Source: the human T2T-CHM13v2.0 reference genome, Homo sapiens. From it: 64,000 nucleotides of DNA. Position numbers and translations under genes: made by a program. The notes beneath the pieces were generated by a model. It did not search any database, was not told the DNA's origin, and was given only the letters and a program-made list of their open reading frames with translations. This document shows, in pieces, positions 41,001 through 54,283 of the stretch; position 1 is the first letter of the stretch; each line of letters opens with the position of its first letter. The DNA is taken from NCBI RefSeq assembly GCF_009914755.1, contig NC_060931.1, one strand, 5' to 3'.

Positions 41001-41147
41001 GCGATGTCTGGTTAATATTAATATTCCTTAATGTGATCCCAGGACCATAGTATATTAAAGTTAGTCTTGGGTTGAAATCTTAGCACTGATTTATTTTACT
41101 CCTGGACCTTGGCAAATTATGTAATTCATCTTGCTTTCTTATCTGTA

Positions 41148-41344
41148 CAGGTTCAGCATCCCAAGTCTGAACATCTGAAATCTGAAGTGCTTCAATATCT
41201 AAAAATAAATTTTAAGCACCATGATGATGCTCAAAGGAAATGCTCATTGGAGTAAATATAATGCAGATATTCCAAAATCTGAAAAAACTCAAAATCTGAA
41301 ACACTTCTAGTCTCAAGCATTTTGCACAGGGGATACTCAACTTG
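41148..41344. mobile_element. Tigger4a (Zombi) MITE inserted at a TA within a MIR
   Basis: TIRs CAGGTTCAGCATCCC...GGGATACTCAACTTG, TA on both sides, internal TCAAAGGAAATGCTCATTGGAG. MIR halves at ~41045-41147 and 41345-41425. Confidence 0.9.
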
Positions 41345-41424
41345 TAGTAAGAAGGATAGTGGAAACTGCTACTCTAGATCGCTGACAAAATTAGATGGGG
41401 TACTGCAAATATAAGTGCTTAATA

Positions 41425-41650
41425 TTTACTCATTCATTCGACAAATATTTAATGAGTGCCTATTTTGTGCTAGATATTAGGTTAAAGATCTCTATGGGGC
41501 TTTATAGCTCCAAGAATAATACTTATATAGAAAAACATAATTCCATGTAGTGAAATAAACCTTTCACTACATTTTTAGAGTGCACAATGAACAAAAGCTT
41601 CAGGGCCAGAGAGACATATAGAAAGGGACTTCACTTAGTCTGGGGGAGTC
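41425..41650 (-). mobile_element. L2 3' end
   Basis: CATTCATTCGACAAATATTTAATGAGTGCCTATTTTGTGCTAG. Confidence 0.7.
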
Positions 41651-41664
41651 AGAGAGGGATATGA

Positions 41665-41930
41665 TTTAGGGTTGGGGACAAATAAACCCAAGTTTTCGGT
41701 TGCTTAAAATTCAAAAAGTATGTTTATCTCTTAGTCCAAGGCTAGCATTTCGGGAGGCAGTCATTCCTCATGTGGTTGCTCAGAGGCCTGTGGTGACAGC
41801 TGCTGTCTCATTTCCAATGTGTGGCTTACCCACTGCCTGGGTGTTTCTGTCACTCAGAAAGGGAAAGGCAAGGAAGATCACCTGGGAACTTTGTATGGGC
41901 CAGTGTGGAGTGAACTCATCACACTGATGA
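41665..41930 (-). mobile_element. Old MLT1 (J/K/L-like) LTR fragment
   Basis: ACAAATAAACCCAAGTTTTCGGTTGCTTAAAATTCAAAAAGTATGTTTATCTCTT...TTCCTCATGTGGTTGCTCAG. Confidence 0.45.
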
Positions 41931-43328
41931 GCAGTTCTGGGCCTGCCAGGACTTGGTGGCCTGGCCATTCTGAGCTGCTGAGGACGCTGGGCCATGCAGT
42001 TGAGACAAGCCATGTGTGCTGAGCAGGAAGAAGAAACGGACTTGGTTCAGTCTGGATGGGATGAAGAAAATGTGTTTCATCCCTGCAGGTGCCCAGAAAC
42101 AGGGAAGCACATTCTGGCAGAGTGAGTCCTGCTGTGAGCTGGAGCAGCATGGAGCCCGGGTATTAGAGAGTGCAGAGAACTAGTCCTAGGGGATTAGTTG
42201 TCCCAGAGTCCACAGGAATGTTGAACCTTGTGTGAAGAGCAAGGCTTTCAAACAGGAGATTTCCATCGGCATGTTTGTGTGTTCATACTCCCCCTGTGGC
42301 TGCAGCCTGAGAAAGCAGCACAGAGCTGGGATACTGTGTCAGTACTGTAGTGAGGTCTGGAGGTACCTGAAGCATGAAGGCAGCATGGGCGGGGGCCACA
42401 GCTGGCAGCACAGTTCACTTGCTCTCCACACTGGGTCAGTGGCTGCGACTTTTATGCATTGGTTATGTTAAGGTTTATGATTCCAAGATGTTAAACATCC
42501 TAAGTAAGCTGAGACGCAAACAAATGAAAAGACAGAAGAAATGCCATGAAGTGAAATGTGTTTGAAGTGTTCTTCCTCTGGGTAGAACTTTGAAGAAAGG
42601 CAAAAAAATTTTAAGTGTATGATGACTGCTCTGTGACAATTTGTAAGCTAATATTACAATATTCTCTGAGATTGCAACACACTTTTACAAAACAATTTGA
42701 TAACATATAGTGCTTTAATGTCCTCCTGAAAAAAACAACTTTAGAACAGTCAGGGTATCAAATAGCTATGTTCTAAATATTTTTGTGGTGGAAAATGCTA
42801 TATTTCCCTTGATTTTTTCTTTGAGTCCTGCCCTAGGCTGTCCCTGCTGTCTGACTGTGTTTGACTTGAGCCGAGTCTTAGATTTCTCTTCCTCTAGAAT
42901 CACTCTACTGGCTTAAGAGGGTTGGGCTGGGAAGACTTCCTCGTCCTCAGCTCCAATACCACAAGAAAGAGCAGCCTGGTTATTTTCTTAGTCGATATGC
43001 CACAAAAATGCTCTTTCCGTGGTAATAGGGTTTACATACAGGACGGCTGTGGCATAGCCTCTGCCTGGGAAGAAGATGGATTTTCCATTTAGGCTCGTCA
43101 AAGGCTTTGGAGGCCCCTTCAAAGTTAGCATGTTGGCTCACAACTCAACTACACCAAGTTGGTTTTAAAGCAGTAAGATTGTCATTCATTCTTTTTCCTT
43201 GGGGTGGATTTGAAACGATTGTCAATATTTTACAGGATCTCGCCTTACTGGGATCACAGCAATAGCAATGACCACAAAAGTGAGCAAAGAGAGAGGGGGA
43301 AGTTCTGCAAGGAATCACCTACTCTGTC

Positions 43329-43380
43329 TCCCTCCTCCTCCTTCTCTCCCTCCTCCTCCTCCCCCTCCTCCTCCTCCTCT
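43329..43380. repeat. (CCT)n polypyrimidine tract
   Basis: Directly visible. Confidence 0.9.
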
Positions 43381-43708
43381 TTGACGATGTAATTCCAGAC
43401 ATTTTGTATTTTTCTAATATTTGGTATTTTTCATCGTAACAGCACCTGTGGCCACTACAACAAGCAGTGCCTGTTATACAATGTGTCAGCCCCAAGCTCT
43501 CATCAGTGCCCAGGAGAGCCAGGCTCTTCTCCTCTTGCTGTCCGATGGCTGGCGTCTCTGGGGCATGTAGCTCAGTCATCGCCAGCTGCTGTGAGTTATT
43601 CCCATCCAGCCACAAAGTCTCCCAGCTGGACTCACTTCTGAAACATCTGCCCAGTCCCCCATGTGAGCTGTGGGGCTGCATCCTGTGAAGGAAACAAGCT
43701 CCCACCAG

Positions 43709-43757
43709 CAGGTACTCCACTTGACCCTTGATCTTAGCCAAAAGGCTGAGAAGCCAT
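43709..43757 (-). pseudogene. U2 snRNA 5'-end fragment (about nt 1-42)
   Basis: Reverse complement ATGGCTTCTCAGCCTTTTGGCTAAGATCAAG[GGTCAAG]TGGAGTACCTG versus U2 ATCGCTTCTCGGCCTTTTGGCTAAGATCAAGTGTAGTATCTG. 29/31 identity over the first 31 nt, then a 7-nt duplication. Confidence 0.85.
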
Positions 43758-44752
43758 GACTGAGAAGCCATGAGATATTCCTCTTTAATTATGTTTTACC
43801 CTACTGTGACTGACAGGACCCATCTGCTTGGTGAGGACACAAAAGACACCAGATCCCTTCATGTGGGATGGGAGAGGGTTGAGCCAGGCCAGTGTCATGG
43901 GGAAGACAGGAATCATACAGATCAGGGAGCTCGGTCCAGAGTCAGCCACCATGCACCTCTGGCGTTCTCTTCTCTCTGGAGCAGTTTTGCTTATTTAGTT
44001 TATCCACTCTTCTACTCGTCTGTCTAGCTACATATTTTTAACTTATCTAAAAATATTTATTGACCTCTCTATTCTGAAACACACTTGCCTGGACAGAGAA
44101 AACAGGGAAAAGGAACCTTCCCCGCTTCCCCACTGTAAGATTTGCCAAAAGGGAGAAGAGAACCAATGGTCACAGCCCCAGCTCTGGACCTCCTCTTTCC
44201 AGACAGCTCCATCCTGTACCACTGGGTCCTGGTAAGTGCTCCTGGAGGCCCCCATCCCTACTTCCTGTGCCACCCAGGGCACACACAGGGGTACAGTCCA
44301 TACTGGGGAAGGTGTCTGGCGTCTCAGAACCCAGAGTGTGGTCTAGGAGGGAGGGGACGCAGGCACAGTGCGGATGTCTCTAGCCCCACAGACTTTCTGT
44401 CTGGCAGGAGGAGGTAGGCCAGGGGCTGGAGCAAGGCTGCCTACAGCATTGGGAGCAAGAGGCCTCTCCAAGAAGCCCCAGTCACAGGCCTCTCCTGTGT
44501 GCACAGGCACTGTGTATTGCCCAAATGGCTCTTCCCTTTGTCAGCCCAGAGCACCTGCCCTCCTGTTCCTTCAAAAGCCCTCCACTGAGGCTACTTGCAA
44601 ATTGTCAGGATGTTCTTTGGTGTGTGGAAAGCCTCCTGATTAGGGATCTACCCCATCTGCACCCTACTACAAACACAAGATGAAAGTGAAAGTTCATGCC
44701 CATGACATGCACTGGGATCATTGACCCATCTTTCTTAATATTGATTCCCATT

Positions 44753-44759
44753 ACACACA

Positions 44760-44792
<33 letters not shown>
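44753..44792. repeat. (CA)n microsatellite
   Basis: Directly visible. Confidence 0.95.
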
Positions 44793-44806
44793 TAATTCAA
44801 CCTTTA

Positions 44807-45161
44807 TGTATTAGTCTGTTCTCACACTGCTAATAAAGACATACCCAAGACTGGGCAATTTATAAAGGAAAGAAATTTAATTGACTCACAGTTCCACATG
44901 GCTGGGGAGGCCTCACAATCATGATGGAAGAGCAAGGGACATCTTACATGGCAGCAGGCAAGAGAGAGCTTGTGCAGGGGAACTCTCCTTTATGAAACCA
45001 TGAGATATTGTGAGACTTATTCACTATCATGAGAACAGCACGGGAAAGGTCTGCTCCTATAATTCAATTACCTCCCACTGGGTCCCTTCCATGACACATG
45101 GGAATTGTGGGAGCTACAATTCAAGATGAGATTTGGGTGAAGACACAGCCAAATCATATCA
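44807..45161 (-). mobile_element. THE1 (B/C-type) MaLR solo LTR
   Basis: TGTATTAGTCTGTTCTCACACTGCTAATAAAGACATACCC...CACAGCCAAATCATATCA. Perfect 5-bp TSD CTTTA (44802-44806, 45162-45166). Confidence 0.95.
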
Positions 45162-45516
45162 CTTTACTTGGAGAAGCTACTGCATTGAAGCATAATGTAT
45201 AAGAGACATATGATAAAGTATATTTATTTTAAGTGTACATTTGGATGAGTTTTAATAAATTCATAAACCTGTGTACCTACCACAACAAAGAGGATAAAAA
45301 ATATCTCCAAGACCCCAGAAGTTCACTTTGCCCCCTCTCAGTCAATCCCCCACAATTCCATCACCAGGCAACTGCTGGTCTCTTTCCTGTCACCATAGAT
45401 TACATTCCCCCTACTGTTTTAATAAGAATGGAATTATACAGCATGCATACATTTGTGTCTGGCTTTTTGCTTTGTCAGCATGATGTTTTGAGATTTATTC
45501 ATGTTGTGTGTGTTCC

Positions 45517-45888
45517 TGTTTTACTCTATTTGAGCTGCTGTAACACAAACACTGAAAATTGGGTGGTTGATAAAAAACAGAAACTTATTTCTCACAGTTC
45601 TAGAGGCTAGAAGTCCAAGATCAAGGCATTGGCTGATTCACCATCAGGTGAAGGTTGGGTTCCTGCTTCACAGATAACGCAGTCTCTCTGTGTCCCATAG
45701 GGTGGAAGGTATGAGGGAACTCTCTGGGACTCCTTTTGTAAGAGCACTAGTCCCATTCAGGAGGACCCCACCTTTATGATCTAATCATTCCAAAAGGCTG
45801 TATATTTTAAGAACATCACATTGGAAGTTAGGATTTCAACATATGAATTTTAGGGGAACATAAACATTCAGACCTAAGAGTTCTAGCA
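45517..45888 (-). mobile_element. MLT1A/MSTD-type MaLR solo LTR
   Basis: GCTGCTGTAACA...ACAGAAACTTATTTCTCACAGTTCTAGAGGCTAGAAGTCCAAGATCAAGG...TTAGGATTTCAACATATGAATTT...AACATTCAGACC. Confidence 0.85.
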
Positions 45889-46479
45889 TAACTTTTTTTG
45901 TGCAGTTGTTAGTGTTCTACTGTGTGACTGTACAACAATTTGTTTATCCGTGCGCCTATTGTTGAACATTTAGGTTGTTTCCTGTTTGGAGCCATGATGA
46001 AAAAAGCTGCTATGAACTTTTGTGTGCAAATTTTATGTGGATATATGTTTTCATTTCTCTTGGGTAAATACCTAGGAATAAAGTTTCTGGATTGTATATT
46101 AAGTAAATGTTTAACTTTATAACAGACAGCAAAATTGTCTTTCACAATGTGGTACCATTTTATATTCCCAACAGTCTTGAAAACATATAATCTGTGCAAC
46201 TTTGTTCTAATTTTTCAAAATTATTTTGGTTATTTTATACCCTTTACATTTCCATCTAATTTTAGGATCAAATTGTCAGTTTCTCAACAAGAACAACAAC
46301 AAAAAGATTCCGGGGATTTTACTTTGGATTATTTTGAATCTCCAGATCAATTAGTAAAGGACTGAAATCTTAATACTGAGCCTTCCAATGCATAAACATG
46401 GTATATCTCTTTCTTTCTTTCACTGGTCTGAGTAAGGTTTTATACCATGCACATATTTTGCTAAATTAATTTCTGCTAA

Positions 46480-46819
<340 letters not shown>

Positions 46820-47149
46820 TAAGGGCACCATTTTTTAAACTTCAAATGTAATTGTTCTTTCCTAGTATGTGGATATATCTATTTGAGTTTTGTGTATTGA
46901 CCTTGAATCCTGTGTCCTTGCTAAACTCATATGTTAACTCTAGTAGCTTTTTTTGCAGATACCTTAGGATTCTCTGTGAATTTGAACATTAATTTGTTAA
47001 CAGATGCAGTTTGATTCTTCCTTTCTAATATATATAATGTTTATTAATTGGTACTTCCTTATTGTCCTGGGCCATCAATTTAATAGAAGCAGTGAGTAGA
47101 CATTCTACCTTTGTCTCTAATTTTAGGGGAAAGCATCTATATTTGGATA

Positions 47150-47203
47150 TATGGATGGGTAGATAAATAGGTAAGTAGGTAGATAGATAGATAGATAGAT
47201 AGA
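47150..47203. repeat. (TAGA)n/(TAGG)n tetranucleotide repeat
   Basis: Directly visible. Confidence 0.9.
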
Positions 47204-47551
47204 CATGGATAAAATTTAGCACATATCCATGATTTAAAAAAATCTTGGCTAACTAGGAATAGAAAGGAACTTCCTTAACTAGATAAAGGGTATCTATGAA
47301 AAACTTAACTATCTGTAAATAGATAGAATCATTGCTCATGTATATGTGCATGTATGTATCATATATTTATGTCTGTGTTATATTACACACATACACACAT
47401 CTGTAGTAATGATCATAAGATTTTTCTTCTTTATATTTTTTAAATGGTGAATTTCATTTCATTGCTAGACCTTGTATTCATTGGTTAAATGTCTTTAGGC
47501 CATGATGCAATATCTTTTCATAATTTGATAAATTCTATTTGCTAATATTTT

Positions 47552-47624
47552 TTCTTTTTCCATGTCCCCCATCCTCCCATTCAAAATACAGACCAGGCAC
47601 GGGGCATGGTGTATCTGAGGAGAG
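47552..47624 (-). other. Unidentified short retroposed insert with A-rich tail and TSD
   Basis: GCTAATATTTT (47541-47551) and GTTAATATTTT (47625-47635) flank a T-rich tract plus 65 nt of non-L1 sequence. Removing it restores the L1 motif TTTGCTAATATTTT. Confidence 0.7.
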
Positions 47625-48319
47625 GTTAATATTTTACAAAGAATTTTACTGTGACTTCTTTCATGAAAGTTACCGATCTCTAACTTTCATTTCTTATGAT
47701 GTCTTTGTTTGGTGTTGGTATCAGCCTAATGCTGAGCTTCTGATATACGTTGGGAAATATTCCTTTCTCCTACATTTTATGCAGAAATTTGTGTAAAATT
47801 GCTGTTACTTCTTGGTAAATGTTTGATTGATTTCATCAGTGAAGCCATTGAGATCTGGAATTTTCTTTGTGAACAGATCTTAATTACAAATTAAATTTCA
47901 TTAATAAAGAGTCACTTATATTCTCTATTCTTGGGGAGTCAATTTTGGTAATTTATGTCTCTCATTGAAGTTGCTATTTTATTAAAATGCCAGTTTTATT
48001 GGCAAAATCTTATTCATTGTATCCTCTTAAATTTTTTTTATCTGTCGAATCTGTGAGTGTATCCTCTTTTTTATTCTTGAATTTGTATTTTCTGTTCTTT
48101 TTATTGAATTAATCTGACTTGAATTGTGCCAACTTACTGATCTTTTCAAATAACCAGATTTTGGTTTCATGATTTCCTCTGTTGCTTGTTGTCTATTTCA
48201 TTGGTTTCAGTTATCATTGTCATATCGTCTCCTCTATTTACATGGTGTTTAATAGACCTCCTCCTAGATGGAAGCTTAGGTAATTCACTCATTCAGCTCC
48301 TCCTAGATAGAAGCGAAGA

Positions 48320-49625
48320 TGCCTCCATTTTTTCTCTGAATGTTTTTATAAACATGTTATAGTTTTACTTTTTACATATAAGTCTGTGATTCATTATTAA
48401 TTAATTTTTGCATAAAGTATAAGACTTTACCCTTAGCTTGACATTTGTTCATTTACTTTTGCCTATTGATATTCAATTGCACCAGCATCATTTTTTGAAA
48501 AAGGTTATCTTTGCTCTGTTGAATTATTTATATACCTTTGTCAAAAATCAGTTGGGCCTATTTATGTTTATTTCTGTTCATTTTTTAAATCTCTGTCTGT
48601 CCCTCTACCAACATCAAATAGTCCTGATTACTATAGCTATATAAAAATTCTTAATATTGAATAGACTTGTTTATCCCATTTTATTTCTCTTTTTCAAAAT
48701 GATTTTAGCTATTCTAATTCATTTGCCTTTCCTTATAAGTTTCAGTATAATCTTGTCTATATCAACAAAATTCCTGCTAAGATTTTAATAGAGATTTCAT
48801 TAAATCAGTATTTAAATTGACAACTTTACTGTGTTGAGTTTTCCAGCTCATAAATGTGTTATGTCTGTCACACACATGCCTTGTTAGATTTACATCTAAA
48901 TATTTTACATTCCACTAGTGAGAATGCCTAGCACTATGTTGGCTAAGAGTAATGAGAGGAGACATTCTTATGTAGTTACTGATGTTAGGACACATCCAGT
49001 CTGTCATCATTAGGTGTAATGTGAGCTGTAGGTTTTGTGCAGCTGCTTCATACCAAGATGAGGAAGTTCACCTGCACTCTTATTTTTCTGAGAGCTTTCA
49101 CTATGAATAAGTGTTGAATTTTTTTCAAATGCTTCTTCTGCTTTGATTGCTAAGATCATGTAATTGTTCCTTTTTTGCCTGTTGATATGGTGCATTATGT
49201 TGATTGATTTTTGAATACTGAACTAGCTTTGCAACCCTGGAGTAAACGCCACGTAGTTATAGTGTATACTTCTTTTTATGTATTACAGCATTCTATTAGT
49301 ATTTTGTTAAGGAATTTTGTGTCTGTATTCATGAGGGATATTGGCCTTCTTTCTTCCTTTTTTGTTTTGCTTTTGTTTAGTTTTGGCATCATGATAATAC
49401 TAGCTTCATAAAATGAATTGGCAAATGAACGTCCTTTCTTCAATTTTCCTGAATAGATTGTGTAAAATGAGTGTTAATTCTTCTTTAAAACTTTGGTATA
49501 ATTTTCCAGTGAAATTGTCTGGGTTTAGAGATTTCATTTTGAAAGTCAAATCTTGATTAAATTAAGATTTAATTAAAAAATTCTCAGCACAATTTTCCTT
49601 ATAGTGATAGGGCTATTGAAATAAT
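48320..49625 (-). mobile_element. Old L1M ORF2 fragment
   Basis: CAATTGCACCAGCATCATTTTTTGAAAAAG... and ORF 49010-49195 (HHINRQKRNNYMILAIKAEEAFEK). Confidence 0.8.
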
Positions 49626-49708
49626 CTACTTCTATAGTTTGTAAACGTTTTTTTCCATTTTGTGAGTAGTTGCTTTGTTGATTTTTTTTGATGTCTAGAA
49701 GCTTTTTA

Positions 49709-49847
49709 TTTTATTTTTTATTTTTAAGTTATTTTAATTATTTTTTTTGAGACAGAGTCTTGCTCTGTTGCCCAGGCTGGAGTGCAGTGGCTCAATCTCG
49801 GCTCACTGCAAGCTCCGCCTCCTGGGTTCTTGCCATTTTCCTGCCTC
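49709..49847 (-). mobile_element. 5'-truncated AluY-like fragment (3' ~100 bp plus tail)
   Basis: GAGACAGAGTCTTGCTCTGTTGCCCAGGCTGG...CACTGCAAGCTCCGCCTCC. TSD AGAAGCTTTTTA / AGAAGCGTTTTA. Confidence 0.88.
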
Positions 49848-50037
49848 AGAAGCGTTTTAATTTGATGTAATTCCATTTGTCTGTTTTTGCTTTTGTAGCT
49901 TATGCTTTTGAGGTCTTAGCTAAAAATTCTTTGCCCATACCAATGTCATGGACATCTGCCCTGTATTTTCTTCTAGTTCTTTCACAGCTTGGGGTCTTAC
50001 ATTTAAGTCTTTAATCTATTTTGAGTTGATTTTTTTT

Positions 50038-52832
<2,795 letters not shown>

Positions 52833-53065
52833 TGATTTTTTTTAAATAGTGAAAGACAGGGTCTAGTTTCATTCTTTTGCATGTGGATATCCAGTTTTTT
52901 TCAGCAGCATTTATTAAAGAGACTGTTTTTTCCTCACCTTTGTTAAAAATTAGTTAGCTCTAGGTGTGTGGATTCCTTTCTGGACTCTCTATTCTACTCT
53001 ATTGGTCTATGTGTCTGTTTTTATGCAGGTGTCGTATTGTTTTGACTATGATAGCTTTGCAGTAT

Positions 53066-53734
53066 TGCAGGGACCAAGGGGAGATTTCCCCCTTTGCCCT
53101 CAGAAGATTCATTGGAAAATCAACTTGCAAAATATAGATTAATAAAGGCATACACATTTATTTAACATGTGTACACAGAGACCTTCAGAATGAAGACCCA
53201 AAGATTCAGGGGAAATTGTCCACTTTTGTGCTTAGGTTCAACAAAGTACGAACAGTTTTGAAGAAATACGACTGGACAAAAAAGGACATGATCTAATGCT
53301 AATAGATGGAGTGGGGAAACCCAACAAGGCCTGTCTGTCAATATTTCTCTTGGCCTCTCTGAGTGGCATTCCTTCCTTCTGGGTGTAAAGCAGGACCCTC
53401 TCTGGAATGGGGGGGTCTTATGACCTATAGTCAAGCAAGGTAGATCAGGTAACTTTTTTTCTTTTTAAGTTATTTTTTTACATGGCCAGTTTTTACATAG
53501 AAAGGTGGAGAAAAAATTAGAGTACTATTTTTAGGTTTTATGACTGTCTTTGGGGAAAAGAGATTCTGGTTTCTATGAGCCACCTTACAGAATGGGAATT
53601 CTAGTTTCTATGGCAAGCCTCAGGGGAGAATGGGACTGAGAGACAGGAAGGCATGAAAAGTCAAAGAAAATCTTTTGTTTCTGAGGCTGATTCTGAGGCT
53701 TTCATTTTGGGCTACTGTTTTCTGAACCCCAACA
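53066..53734 (-). mobile_element. MER39/MER34-group ERV1 solo LTR
   Basis: Reverse complement starts TGTTGGGGTTCAGAAAACAGTAGCCCAAAATG. TG..CA termini and 4-bp TSD GTAT/GTGT within the host L1. Confidence 0.8.
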
Positions 53735-53801
53735 GTGTATTTTGAAGTCTGGTAGTGTGATGCCTTCAGCTTCAGCTTTGCTCTTTTTGCTAAAGATTGC
53801 A

Positions 53802-54280
53802 GTAGGCAATTACAAATACTCCTGAAACAAATGAAAAAAAATAGAAAGTGGAATCAAAGAAAAGAAACTGTGAAAGAGAACTGAAAGGAAATGATAGAAC
53901 TGAAAAATACAATGACTGAAATTTAAAACTTACTGTATAGGCTTGTTAACAGGATGAATATAAAAGAAAGAATCAGTGAACTTGAAGATGGAGCAATATA
54001 ATTACCTAATACAAACAACAGTGAGAAAACTGTGAGACAGTAACACAGATCTAACATTTGTACCATCAGAGTCCCAGAGGGAGGGCAATAAAAGGGTGGG
54101 GCTGAGAAACTAACTGAAGAAACAAAGGCTGAAAATGTCTCAGATTTGACAAAGAATGTAGAGCAACACTTTAAAAAAGCCGAGTGTTCTCCAAACAAGA
54201 TAAGCCTAAATAATTACAAAACAAAACACATCATAATTGAACTTTAGAAAACTAAAGACAAAAAAAGAAAAAAAAAAAAA
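53802..54280 (+). mobile_element. Old L1M ORF1 fragment ending in an expanded A tract
   Basis: TAGAACTGAAAAATACAATGACTGAAATT...AAAGAATCAGTGAACTTGAAGA...GAGTCCCAGAGGGAG...GAAAACTAAAGACAAA. Confidence 0.8.
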
Positions 54281-54283
54281 GCA

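Noticed and set aside
43319-43771. 150-aa ORF with an Arg-rich, protamine-like C-terminus
   Set aside because: The start comes from the duplicated U2 fragment and the Arg run is the translation of the (CCT)n tract. There is no independent coding evidence.
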